A stretch of 62,520 bases of DNA from a virus (Duplodnaviria > Caudoviricetes), in the IMG/VR virus record IMGVR_UViG_3300015050_000923, positions 1 through 62,520 of that record; one strand, 5' to 3'. Numbering within the stretch: position 1 is the stretch's first letter; each line of letters opens with the position of its first letter. Under the pieces are notes generated by a model, which was not told the DNA's origin, did no database searches, and saw only the letters and a list, made by a program, of their open reading frames with translations. The position numbers were made by a program, and so were the translations under genes. Shown piece after piece: positions 8,913 to 17,552 of this stretch.

Positions 8913-9298
8913 TGAATATGAAACGCGACACCACCGACATCCTGAACGATCTGCTGCAGGACTGGCACCGCCGGGATGAAAGTTATTCACCCGTTGAGGG
9001 CAACCGGACATCCGCAGGCTTCGCCGGCGTGCAGTCACTGCACCGGCAATGGGCCAGCGAAGACGACGTGCTCGACATCGAGGTTGAATCCGGGCTGCTC
9101 AAGGCGGTGGGCGAGCACATCATGGCGCTCAGCCCGGAACACCGGACGGTCCTGCAGCTGGAAGCCCGGAACCTGGCGACCGGACATTGGGTATGGCGCA
9201 GCGCGCGCCTGCCGAACGACCCGAAAAAGCTGGAACAGCTGCGCGCCGAAGCCCGGAAAGCCCTGTTGGACCGCCTTATCCGTAGTAAATTGCTGTAG
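8912..9298 (+). CDS. Putative late-gene regulator (Q-like antiterminator)
   Basis: LNDLLQDWH N-terminus and L..EHR..L helical segment resemble Q-like proteins; upstream of the late promoter; function inferred from position. Confidence 0.5.
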   Translation: MNMKRDTTDILNDLLQDWHRRDESYSPVEGNRTSAGFAGVQSLHRQWASEDDVLDIEVESGLLKAVGEHIMALSPEHRTVLQLEARNLATGHWVWRSARLPNDPKKLEQLRAEARKALLDRLIRSKLL

Positions 9299-9351
9299 GA
9301 ACAGGCGCACCACCAATGCTAATGGGCCTGCACAGCTATGAATTCAGGAGC
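9299..9351 (+). repeat. REP-like dispersed element, copy 3 (degenerate 5' half)
   Basis: AGCTATGAATTCAGGAGCAA identical to copy 2. Confidence 0.65.
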
Positions 9352-9436
9352 AAACATGAACAAGTCAGAGCTTTATGTCCCGGGGGTAAATGTGAGCGTA
9401 GAGCATTTGGGTATTCTTTACAGGCAGGAGCAAAAC

Positions 9437-9808
9437 ATGAAACACAAAACCGCTGAACTTGAGGGCGCGCTACTGGATTACGCTGTCGCCATGGCAAACG
9501 GAATGAACGTGACCGCTGAGCACTGCGGCTTGTCACAAAGCAGGAAGTTTGTGAGGGTGAAACTGCCGGAAGGCGACCCGTCGGGACTTATCTTCATTGA
9601 CTTTTCACCTTCGACAGATTGGGGTCAGGGTGGCCCGATCATTGAGCGGGAGCGGATCAGCTTTCAGGCGGCAGAGAGCGGCGGGTGGTACACGTACTTC
9701 GACCACCCCACGGAGCGTGATGCGACGGCAGCCGGTCCAACAGCGCTCATCGCCGCCATGCGCGCCTACGTGGCCAGCAAGCTGGGCGATGAGGTTGAAC
9801 TGCCATGA
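9437..9808 (+). CDS. NinX/DUF2591 family protein (alternative start 9356)
   Basis: LEGALLDYAVA, FSPSTDWGQGGPIIE, LIAAMRAYVASKLGDEVE. Confidence 0.88.
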   Translation: MKHKTAELEGALLDYAVAMANGMNVTAEHCGLSQSRKFVRVKLPEGDPSGLIFIDFSPSTDWGQGGPIIERERISFQAAESGGWYTYFDHPTERDATAAGPTALIAAMRAYVASKLGDEVELP

Positions 9809-10182
9809 GCACCAAAAACTACCCAGCGCCGCCTGTCTTGGCAGTGGCGAAAGGTGGAACTGGCGCCACCATCCCCAAGCGAGGACCGATCCCGACTTTT
9901 GATGAATGGTGGGAAAAGAACCAGGGCAAATACACTGCCGACGCGCTGCATATGAGCGAGTACCACATAGTGTTGTGGGCGTGGACAGAAGCGTGGACAG
10001 CAGCGCTCATCGAAGCATCGAGCACGGACGCGGCCAGGGCGAACTTGGTTATTTCCACGCCGACTTGCCAGCACAAGAGCACCAGAAACGTAGCCGAAGG
10101 TGATATTTTGTTCCGCTGCATTCACTGCGGGGCAGGCAAAAACGTGATGGGCGATTGGTGCGACGGGACAGAGCCACCGTAG
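9805..10182 (+). CDS. Hypothetical protein with C-terminal Cys cluster
   Basis: ATGA overlap; CQH...CIHCG. Confidence 0.6.
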   Translation: MSTKNYPAPPVLAVAKGGTGATIPKRGPIPTFDEWWEKNQGKYTADALHMSEYHIVLWAWTEAWTAALIEASSTDAARANLVISTPTCQHKSTRNVAEGDILFRCIHCGAGKNVMGDWCDGTEPP

Positions 10183-10189
10183 AAAGGGG

Positions 10190-10218
10190 TTGACAACCGA
10201 TTCCCGCAGCGTTTTAAT
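10190..10218 (+). promoter_or_regulatory. Late promoter (pR'-like)
   Basis: TTGACA-17 bp-TTTAAT immediately before a terminator and the late operon. Confidence 0.8.
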
Positions 10219-10254
10219 CCCGGGCAGGGGGCAGAGTCGCCTCCAAAAATTCCC

Positions 10255-10281
10255 AAAGCCACCCACCGAGGTGGCTTTTTT
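10255..10281 (+). terminator. Intrinsic terminator (tR'-like)
   Basis: AAAGCCACC-6-GGTGGCTTTTTT. Confidence 0.85.
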
Positions 10282-10349
10282 GTTTGTGAATCCCGTTATG
10301 GCAAGGGCTTCTGCCGGTAGCCGCGGCGCACAACCTTGAGGGGATTTTT

Positions 10350-10625
10350 ATGAAGTGGACCAGTCGTTTTTCGCTGCTGCTCGCAGCTGGCCTGATGTTT
10401 GCCGCCGCGTGTTGGGCTCGCGCCGAACCCGTTTTCCATGTTGTCACTGCCGCATACCGTGCCGTCAAGGACTGGGTGCTGGACGGCTTCAAGCTCGCCG
10501 CCGCCAAGGTCGAAGACACCAAGCCTGCTGTCTGGTTCGTGCAAGCCAAGGCCTTTGTGCTCCGCCTGGCCAAGCGCCAACGCCCTGAGCTGACGGGCGG
10601 CTGGCGGATGTGCCCATCAACCTGA
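10350..10625 (+). CDS. Hypothetical protein with N-terminal hydrophobic segment
   Basis: GAGG RBS; lies between two terminators. Confidence 0.7.
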   Translation: MKWTSRFSLLLAAGLMFAAACWARAEPVFHVVTAAYRAVKDWVLDGFKLAAAKVEDTKPAVWFVQAKAFVLRLAKRQRPELTGGWRMCPST

Positions 10626-10653
10626 TTACCGGCCCACAAGGCCATTGACCCGC

Positions 10654-10680
10654 AAAAGCCCGGCAACCCCGGGCTTTTTT
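10654..10680 (+). terminator. Intrinsic terminator
   Basis: AAAAGCCCGG-loop-CCGGGCTTTTTT. Confidence 0.88.
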
Positions 10681-10755
10681 GCATTGGGCCCCACGGACCC
10701 AGCGCAAAGAATTGCGACAAGTTGTCTCCCATCCAGAGCGAAAGCCCTGGATTTC

Positions 10756-10788
10756 ACCCCGGCAAGGACCATCCTGCCGGGGTTTTTT
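10756..10788 (+). terminator. Intrinsic terminator
   Basis: ACCCCGGCA...TGCCGGGGTTTTTT. Confidence 0.8.
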
Positions 10789-10789
10789 A

Positions 10790-11060
10790 TTTAGACCGGG
10801 CCGAGCTCGCCGGTTGCAGCCGATGACGGACCGGCTGCGGTTTTCCACGCCTGCGGCAAGCGTGCAAGCGAGTGCGTCGAGACACCGGCTGTCCAGCTGG
10901 GCAAAACATGCAGTCGCCCAGTTTTCATGGGCAGCACCCACCCCTTTTCGGCGGAAGAACGCCGGCCAGATGAACCCATAGCGGCTTGCAAAAGCCTCGC
11001 CGCACTGCCGGGGTCGGCAGACACACGGGATAGCTCTGGCCGCCAGGTGCCCTTTGGCGC
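10790..11060 (+). ncRNA. Candidate structured non-coding RNA in the late leader
   Basis: Consecutive hairpins and a multibranch domain (GGCCAGA 10964/TCTGGCC 11035); no convincing ORF. Confidence 0.4.
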
Positions 11061-11095
11061 CCCGCCCCCTTCACCCCCCCCACCCGGAGCCTCCC

Positions 11096-11440
11096 ATGCG
11101 CAAAGTCAGCATCGAATTCAACGAAGACGGCACCTTCACCGTCGAGCTCGAAACCGAGGCAAAGGCCGCGGCTCCGATGGCACCGGCTCCCGGAATGCCG
11201 GGCCAACCCGAAATGGGCGGCGCCCCGGCAGTTCCCGGAAATGCCGGAAATCCGGGAATGCAACCCGGAAACCCGGAAATGGAAACCAAGGAGGAGAACG
11301 AGCAGGAAACGTCGTTCACCTTCCCAACGCTCAAGGCGGCATTTACCGCCATCGCTGAATTTGCCGAAAACGGGCAGATGACCGACCACGAAGGCCAAGC
11401 CGCCTCCTTCGAGGACGGATTCAACACGCGCGGCGCATGA
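11096..11440 (+). CDS. Hypothetical acidic Pro/Gly-rich protein
   Basis: GGAG RBS before ATG 11096. Confidence 0.7.
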   Translation: MRKVSIEFNEDGTFTVELETEAKAAAPMAPAPGMPGQPEMGGAPAVPGNAGNPGMQPGNPEMETKEENEQETSFTFPTLKAAFTAIAEFAENGQMTDHEGQAASFEDGFNTRGA

Positions 11441-11459
11441 AACCCCAGGAGTAACCCTT

Positions 11460-11789
11460 ATGAGCTACGAGATCCGCAACAAGAAATCCGGTCTGGCCAA
11501 GACCTTCGGCACCAAGGAAGACGTCAAAGCCTTCCTGGACAAAGAGAAGGGCGGCGCCGAAGCATGGGAAGGCCACGAGAACCTGAACCTGGCCGCCCTG
11601 GACACCAAGGCCGACTTCGACGCCAAGTTCGCGGCACACGCCGAAACCACCCAGAAAGCGGTGGCCACCCAGAACAAACCGGTCAAGCGCGCAGCGGCGC
11701 CGGCCAAAAAAGCCGCGGTCAAGCCGATCCCCCAGAAAACGGTGGTCCGCAAGCCAGCCGCCAAGAAGGCTGCCAAGGGCAAGAAATGA
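11460..11789 (+). CDS. Protein with histone H1-like Lys/Ala/Pro tail
   Basis: KRAAAPAKKAAVKP...KPAAKKAAKGKK; CAGGAG RBS. Confidence 0.75.
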   Translation: MSYEIRNKKSGLAKTFGTKEDVKAFLDKEKGGAEAWEGHENLNLAALDTKADFDAKFAAHAETTQKAVATQNKPVKRAAAPAKKAAVKPIPQKTVVRKPAAKKAAKGKK

Positions 11790-12241
11790 GCAACCTCAAG
11801 CAATTGAACGCTCGCCAGGCTCAGTCCGCCGCGGCAAAAGCGGTGGAAAACGGCCAAGCCGGCCCGGCCTTCGACGTCGACCAGATGATCGCAGCTGCCG
11901 GCGGTGTGCCCAACACCAACCCGAACGCCAAGGCGGTCCTGACCCTGGAGCCCAACGCCGATGGCGCGGGCCTGAAGATCACCACCTTCTTCGAGGACGG
12001 CTTCGCCCCGGACAACGGCGCCCACCAGGCCCTGGCCTGGGTGATGGAGCAGATCCAAGCCGCCAGCGCCCAGCAAGGCCACGGCGCCCTCCTGAAACTG
12101 ACGGAGCCCGAGTACGTGACCGGCGCGCAGGCTGAAGCCGCACTCAAGACTGGCGAAGTCAGCTCCGCAGCACCAGACGCCGGCGTGATCCAGACCGAGC
12201 GCCAGGGCATCCGCAGGCTGGACGGGTCCCTGCTGCAGTGA
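11786..12241 (+). CDS. Hypothetical protein
   Basis: ATGA overlap with previous gene. Confidence 0.7.
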   Translation: MSNLKQLNARQAQSAAAKAVENGQAGPAFDVDQMIAAAGGVPNTNPNAKAVLTLEPNADGAGLKITTFFEDGFAPDNGAHQALAWVMEQIQAASAQQGHGALLKLTEPEYVTGAQAEAALKTGEVSSAAPDAGVIQTERQGIRRLDGSLLQ

Positions 12242-12257
12242 GCACAGCCGACTGACC

Positions 12258-12905
12258 ATGGCAACAGCGAACAAGCCCACCCGACCCCGTGCGACAGCCA
12301 AGCACGTGGTAGGTGTCGTTCATCCCAAAAGAGCCAAGAGCGGCAAGCACGCCAAGGTGCAAGCCGGCAGTTCAAAGGACGCCGCAGCCCATAAGCGGGC
12401 CCTTTTCGTAGAGGCTTTCCTGGCAAACGGCGAGAACGCCACGCAGGCAGCGATCAGCGCCGGGTACAGCCCGAAGACTGCCGGGTCAGCTGGCGGGAGA
12501 TTGTTGCAACTTGTTGAAATACAGGACCAATTGGCCCGTCGGCGCGCTCAATTTGCCAAAACTTTCGAGGTGACGGCCGAGAGCACGACGCGCAGTTTGG
12601 CCGCGGCACTGAACTTTGACTTCGGCTCCCTGTGGACCCCTGGCGGCAAGCTCAAGCAGCCGCACGAGCTCGATCCGGAGGTGCGCAAGTGCATCCAGGG
12701 CGTCAAGACTGAACGCCTGGTGGTCAATGGAGAGATGAAGGACATCGTGGTCGAGTACATCTGGCAGGACCGTGTCAGGGTGCGCGAGCAGGCCATGCGC
12801 AAGTTCAACCTCTATGCCGAGGAAAACCGCGACAAGAACGTTCTGGACGACCTGAGCCGCAAGACGCTGCTGCTGCTGGCGACCAAACTGGCAGGGAAGG
12901 GCTGA
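12258..12905 (+). CDS. terS: Terminase small subunit
   Basis: NATQAAISAGYSPKTA HTH signature; precedes terL. Confidence 0.92.
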   Translation: MATANKPTRPRATAKHVVGVVHPKRAKSGKHAKVQAGSSKDAAAHKRALFVEAFLANGENATQAAISAGYSPKTAGSAGGRLLQLVEIQDQLARRRAQFAKTFEVTAESTTRSLAAALNFDFGSLWTPGGKLKQPHELDPEVRKCIQGVKTERLVVNGEMKDIVVEYIWQDRVRVREQAMRKFNLYAEENRDKNVLDDLSRKTLLLLATKLAGKG

Positions 12906-12909
12906 CGCC

Positions 12910-14403
12910 ATGGAACTGAGCGAGCCCGAAGTCGACGCGCTGCTATCCGGCCTGAGCTCGGAGGAGCGCGAGGCTTTGCAGGCCGAGGTCGACAAGGTGC
13001 TGGCCGGCTTCGCGCTGGAGAACTACAAGCCACAGCCGAAACAGGCTGAATTCCACCGCGCTGGTGGCGACGAAGGCGTATTCGACCGCCTGCTGATGGC
13101 AGGCAATCAGTTGGGCAAGACCCACGGCGGTGGCTACGAGGTCGCCATGCACCTTACTGGCCAGTATCCAGAAAACTGGGATGGCTGCCGCTTCATGCAC
13201 GCGATTCGCGCCTGGGCGGCATCCGAGACCGGCGAGGGCACGCGGGACTCAGTGCAGCGGATGCTGCTGGGCGGCGCGCCTGGCTCTGCGGAGTGGGGAA
13301 CTGGCGCCATTCCACGGAACTGCATCGGGACGTGGAAGCGCGCGAACGGCACGCCTGACCTGGTGGACTACGTCCGCATCAAACACGTTGACGGCAAATG
13401 GTCGCTTCTGAAGTTCAAGACCTACGACCAAGGCCGCAAGCGCTGGCAGGCTGAAACCCTTAACCTGGTCTGGTTCGACGAGGAGCCACCCGAGGACATC
13501 TTCAGCGAAGGCAAGACGCGGACCAACGCGGTAGGCGGCATCACGATCATGACCTTCACGCCGCTGCAGGGCATGTCAGCGGTGGTCAAACGGTTCCTCC
13601 AGGAGAAACCGCCGGGCTCGCATGTCACGCGCATGAGCATCTGGGATTCCACGCGATACACGGAAGAAGAAAAGAAACGGATCGTCGCCGATTACCCGGC
13701 TCACCTGCGCGAGGCCCGCGCCAACGGCATCCCGACACTGGGTAGCGGCCGCATTTTCCCGGTCGAAGACGCTGCTGTCAAAGAGCAGATGTTCAAGATC
13801 CCGAACCACTTCAAGCGCCTGGCCAGCATTGACTTCGGATGGGATCACCCGGCCGCGCTGGTCTGGGGTGCCTACGACGCCGAGAACGACATCGTGCACA
13901 TCTACGACTGCTGGCGGGCCCGTGAAACGACGCCAGCCGTGCAGTACGCGACATACCGGGCGAAGGGCGACTGGATCCCCGTGGCATGGCCTCATGACGG
14001 CCACCAGCACGACAAGGGCAGCGGCGAGGCCCTGAAGGCGCAGTACAGCGCCCTGGGCTTCAAGATGCTGCCGAAACACGCCACGCACGCGCCGGACAAG
14101 ACCACCACGCCGCCCCAAAAAGAGGGCGAGGGCGGGAACAGCGTCGAGGCCGGCCTGCTGGACATGCTGGACCGGATGATGACCGGCCGGCTCAAGGTGG
14201 CTGCCCACCTGAACGACTGGTTCGAGGAATTCCGGCTCTACCACCGCGACGACGGAAAGATTGTGAAGGTCGACGACGACCTGATGGCCGCCACCCGCTA
14301 CCTCTGCATGATGCTGCGCCACGCCGCCTTCCCCAAGGTCGAGCGCACCACCACCCTCCCCACGTATTCCAACCCGACGCCCGGCATGGGCGTTCTCGGC
14401 TGA
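12910..14403 (+). CDS. terL: Terminase large subunit
   Basis: Walker A AGNQLGKT, Walker B VWFDEEP, TFTP, nuclease IDFGWDHP and DDLMAATRY. Confidence 0.96.
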   Translation: MELSEPEVDALLSGLSSEEREALQAEVDKVLAGFALENYKPQPKQAEFHRAGGDEGVFDRLLMAGNQLGKTHGGGYEVAMHLTGQYPENWDGCRFMHAIRAWAASETGEGTRDSVQRMLLGGAPGSAEWGTGAIPRNCIGTWKRANGTPDLVDYVRIKHVDGKWSLLKFKTYDQGRKRWQAETLNLVWFDEEPPEDIFSEGKTRTNAVGGITIMTFTPLQGMSAVVKRFLQEKPPGSHVTRMSIWDSTRYTEEEKKRIVADYPAHLREARANGIPTLGSGRIFPVEDAAVKEQMFKIPNHFKRLASIDFGWDHPAALVWGAYDAENDIVHIYDCWRARETTPAVQYATYRAKGDWIPVAWPHDGHQHDKGSGEALKAQYSALGFKMLPKHATHAPDKTTTPPQKEGEGGNSVEAGLLDMLDRMMTGRLKVAAHLNDWFEEFRLYHRDDGKIVKVDDDLMAATRYLCMMLRHAAFPKVERTTTLPTYSNPTPGMGVLG

Positions 14404-14415
14404 AAGGGCCATGAC

Positions 14416-14814
14416 ATGAACACAACACTCGCACCCAGCGCCGACCGCAGCAACAGCCCCCAGCTCGCCGGCAGCGGCGCATTCCTGGCGGCCGGTGTCC
14501 TGGCCGTCACGCCCGACGGCGCCACCAAGTCGCCGGGCACGCTCTACGGCGGCAGCTTCCTGGCCGGCGCAACCCTGGGCTTCGTCCAGATCCACGACAA
14601 GAGCGCAGCCATGGCGCCTGGTGACGTGCCGATGGTGCCGTCCATCCCGATCGCGGCCAACGGCTATGCGTCCTTCGACTTCGGCGTGTTTGGCCTTGGC
14701 TTTGTCAACGGCTGCAAGATTGCCCTGAGTTCCACCGCAGCGTCCTACACGGCCGTGGCCGGCGCCGATACCCAGGCGCATGCCCGGTTCATGTCCAGCC
14801 CCGGCGCCAAGTAA
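14416..14814 (+). CDS. Hypothetical (possible virion) protein
   Basis: Between terL and portal; beta-rich. Confidence 0.7.
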   Translation: MNTTLAPSADRSNSPQLAGSGAFLAAGVLAVTPDGATKSPGTLYGGSFLAGATLGFVQIHDKSAAMAPGDVPMVPSIPIAANGYASFDFGVFGLGFVNGCKIALSSTAASYTAVAGADTQAHARFMSSPGAK

Positions 14815-14826
14815 TCCAGGAACTCC

Positions 14827-17199
14827 ATGAGCGCAGTCATCGACATCGACCAGCACATGCCCGACAGCATGCGGGACAGCCGCCGGCCGCAGGAGGGTTC
14901 GGGCGAAGGCTTCGAGCAGGTCCGGCTGAAGCGGGACGAAACCCTGGCGCTGCTGGGCCAACGCGTTGAAGGCCTGCGCGACCAGGCTGTCAGCGCGCGG
15001 CGGGAATCGGGCATCGAGGACACATGGATGGCCTGCGAGGAGGCTTACCTCGGCATTGACGACGCCAACCGCAACGAGATCAAGGGCGCGCAGTGGACCA
15101 AGCCCCAGACGATGGCGGGCCCGCTGACAAAGGACACCACGGCGCCGGCCAACGGCCGCAGCACGGTGTTTGTTCCCATCACCTCCCGCTACGTGGACAT
15201 CGGCGCCGCCAAGATCAGCGAGATCACGCTGCCGATCGACGACAAGGCCTTCGAGCTCAAGCCCACCGAGATCCCGGAAATGGTCGAGGCCTCGAAAAGC
15301 CAGAGGCCGCTTGCCGCCCACCCCATCACCGGTGTCGTCGGCAAGGTCAAGCGGATGCTGGGCATGGGCGAGCAGCCGGCGCCTGGCGTGCAACCCGACG
15401 AGAACGGGAAGGTTCCGGCGACCGAGGGCGACCTGGCCAAAGCCGAACTGGCCAAGGCCGACAAGGCTGCCAAGAAAGCAGAGAAGCGCATCTACGACTG
15501 GATGCAGGAAGCCAAGTACCCGAGCCAGATGCGCCGCGTGATCCACGACGCCGCCCGGCTGGGTGTTGGCGTCTTCCGCTGCCCCGAGCCTCAAGTCAAG
15601 GCCCGGTTCGCCATGGAAGGCGGCAAGGTCATCCAGAAACGCAAGCTGGTGCCGGGCATGCGCTGGGTGAACCCCTGGAACTTCTTCCCGGACGGCACCT
15701 GCGGCGAGAACATCCAGGACGGCGACTTCTGCTGCGAGCGCGACACCATCAGCCCGGGCAAGCTGCGTCGCCTCAAGAAGGAGGTGCTGGAGAACGGCAC
15801 GCCGATCTACATCCACGACATGATCGACCTGTGCCTGGCAGAAGGCCCAGGCTTGAGCAGCATCGCCGACAGCAACGGCAACGACAACGACAAGCGCAAG
15901 GACGGCCAGTTCGTCATCTGGTATTTCGTGGGCACCATCAGCCGCGACGAGTTCCGGTGCTGCGGCGGCATCGGCGACAGCGACCTGCCGGAGACCATGC
16001 TGGAGGTTGACGCGATCGTCACGATGGTCAACGGCCACGTCATCCGCGCCACCCCGAACCCGCTGACCAAATCCGGGAACATCGGCTACCGCAGCATGCC
16101 CTGGTCGCGCCGCGCCAGTCACTGGGCCGGCAAGGGCATCGCCGAGCAGATGGACGTGCCCCAGCGCATGGCCAACGGCAGCACGCGCGCCCTGCTGAAC
16201 AATGCCGGCGTGTCCGCGGGTCCGCAGATCGTGATCCAGCGCACCAAGGCCCAACCGGCGGATGGCAGCTACACGCTGTACCCGAACAAGCTCTGGTACG
16301 GCGAGGACGGTGTGGATGTCCGGGAAATCTTCCAGGCTTTCAACGTCACCAATGTGGGCGCCGCAATTCAGGCAGTGATCGAGTACGCCTTCCGGCTGGC
16401 CGAGGAGTGCACCAACATCCCGCTGGTGGCCCAGGGTAAAGATGGGCAGACCGCGCCCCAGACATTCGGCCAGGCCGAGCTGCAGAACACCAACTCCCAC
16501 ACGCTGCTGCGCAGCATCGCCATGGTGCTGGACGACAGCATCACCGAACCCGTGGTGCTGGACCTCTACGAATGGCTGCTGCTGGATGACAACGTCCCGG
16601 ACGATGAGAAGGGCGACTTCGATGTCCACGCCCAGGGCTCCAGCGCCATGGTCGAGAAGTCGATTCAGGAAGCCACGCTGAGCAACATGATCCCGCTGTC
16701 CAAGGATCCGTCCTACGGCCTGGACCCCAAGAAGATCATGAAGAAGTGGCTGCAGGCCAAGCGCTTCAACCCCGCCGATGTCAGCTACACCGACGCCGAG
16801 CTCGAGCAGCTGGCCAAGCAGCCGCAGCCGAAAGACCCGCGCATCGAGGCCGCCGAGATCAATGCCAAGGCCCGCATCGAGGCCGCGACGATGGACCGCG
16901 ACCGCGACACGATTTTCGAGAACGCCACCACGGAGCGCACGAAGGTGACCGCCCAGGGCCAGCGCGAAGAACTCGAGGTGCGCGAGCGCATCGCCCTTCT
17001 GAATTACGCCAACCAGCGCGACCTGAAGCTGGAAGACGTGAAGGCCTCGCTGGCCAAGACGGCGATGACATTGCGCACCCAACTGGTGATGGCTGGTGTA
17101 GGCGACGACGAGCCCGGTACCGAACCAGCCGCGCAGGTGGCCACCCCGATCGTTGAGCCAGTAGGCCGCGCCGCAGATGGCCGCGCCTTCCAGGAATGA
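14827..17199 (+). CDS. Portal protein
   Basis: 790 aa after terL; DAARLGVGV, VNPWNFFPD, WAGKGIAE motifs; C-terminal coiled coil. Confidence 0.88.
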   Translation: MSAVIDIDQHMPDSMRDSRRPQEGSGEGFEQVRLKRDETLALLGQRVEGLRDQAVSARRESGIEDTWMACEEAYLGIDDANRNEIKGAQWTKPQTMAGPLTKDTTAPANGRSTVFVPITSRYVDIGAAKISEITLPIDDKAFELKPTEIPEMVEASKSQRPLAAHPITGVVGKVKRMLGMGEQPAPGVQPDENGKVPATEGDLAKAELAKADKAAKKAEKRIYDWMQEAKYPSQMRRVIHDAARLGVGVFRCPEPQVKARFAMEGGKVIQKRKLVPGMRWVNPWNFFPDGTCGENIQDGDFCCERDTISPGKLRRLKKEVLENGTPIYIHDMIDLCLAEGPGLSSIADSNGNDNDKRKDGQFVIWYFVGTISRDEFRCCGGIGDSDLPETMLEVDAIVTMVNGHVIRATPNPLTKSGNIGYRSMPWSRRASHWAGKGIAEQMDVPQRMANGSTRALLNNAGVSAGPQIVIQRTKAQPADGSYTLYPNKLWYGEDGVDVREIFQAFNVTNVGAAIQAVIEYAFRLAEECTNIPLVAQGKDGQTAPQTFGQAELQNTNSHTLLRSIAMVLDDSITEPVVLDLYEWLLLDDNVPDDEKGDFDVHAQGSSAMVEKSIQEATLSNMIPLSKDPSYGLDPKKIMKKWLQAKRFNPADVSYTDAELEQLAKQPQPKDPRIEAAEINAKARIEAATMDRDRDTIFENATTERTKVTAQGQREELEVRERIALLNYANQRDLKLEDVKASLAKTAMTLRTQLVMAGVGDDEPGTEPAAQVATPIVEPVGRAADGRAFQE

Positions 17200-17447
17200 C
17201 CATGAGCGCCTTCCAAACACCCCCCACACCGTTCGCCCTGACCCTGGGCGACATCAACTCCGCGGCATTCCAGCGCCTGAAAAAGCACTGGGAGCAGGAG
17301 TTGGAGAACGCGCGCCGCGAGAACGACGCCGACCTCGACGAAGCCAAGACCGCCCGATTGCGCGGCCGCATCGCCGAGCTCAAAAGGAATTTGGCCCTGG
17401 AACACCCGGTGCAGCGGCTCGACCTGCCGCCGGGAATGCAGGCCTGA
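17196..17447 (+). CDS. Small head-associated hypothetical protein
   Basis: TARLRGRIAELK motif typical of the post-portal gene in podoviruses. Confidence 0.75.
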   Translation: MTMSAFQTPPTPFALTLGDINSAAFQRLKKHWEQELENARRENDADLDEAKTARLRGRIAELKRNLALEHPVQRLDLPPGMQA

Positions 17448-17453
17448 CAGGAT

Positions 17454-17530
17454 TGCCCGCCCGAGAAATCGGCCCGGCAGTAGGAAGCAGCCCACGCGAA
17501 AGCCTCGGCTGTTGTTGCCCCGCAAGGGGT
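17454..17530 (+). promoter_or_regulatory. Structured 5' leader with three GNRA-capped hairpins
   Basis: CCGA-GAAA-TCGG, GCAGCC..GC-GAAA-GC..GGCTGT, CCCC-GCAA-GGGG. Confidence 0.55.
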
Positions 17531-17552
17531 TTGTTTGAGTGGAGAAACTGAC

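Noticed and set aside
10683-11060. tRNA, hammerhead ribozyme or known riboswitch
   Set aside because: No T-loop/cloverleaf, no CUGAUGA/GAAA core and no recognisable aptamer consensus by eye; retained only as an unknown structured RNA
13576-17229. 1217-aa minus-strand ORF and similar long antisense ORFs (18303-20102, 32810-35143, 36644-37948, 39362-40810, and 53713-55863 on +)
   Set aside because: Shadow frames opposite well-supported genes, expected from GC-rich codon bias; no motifs
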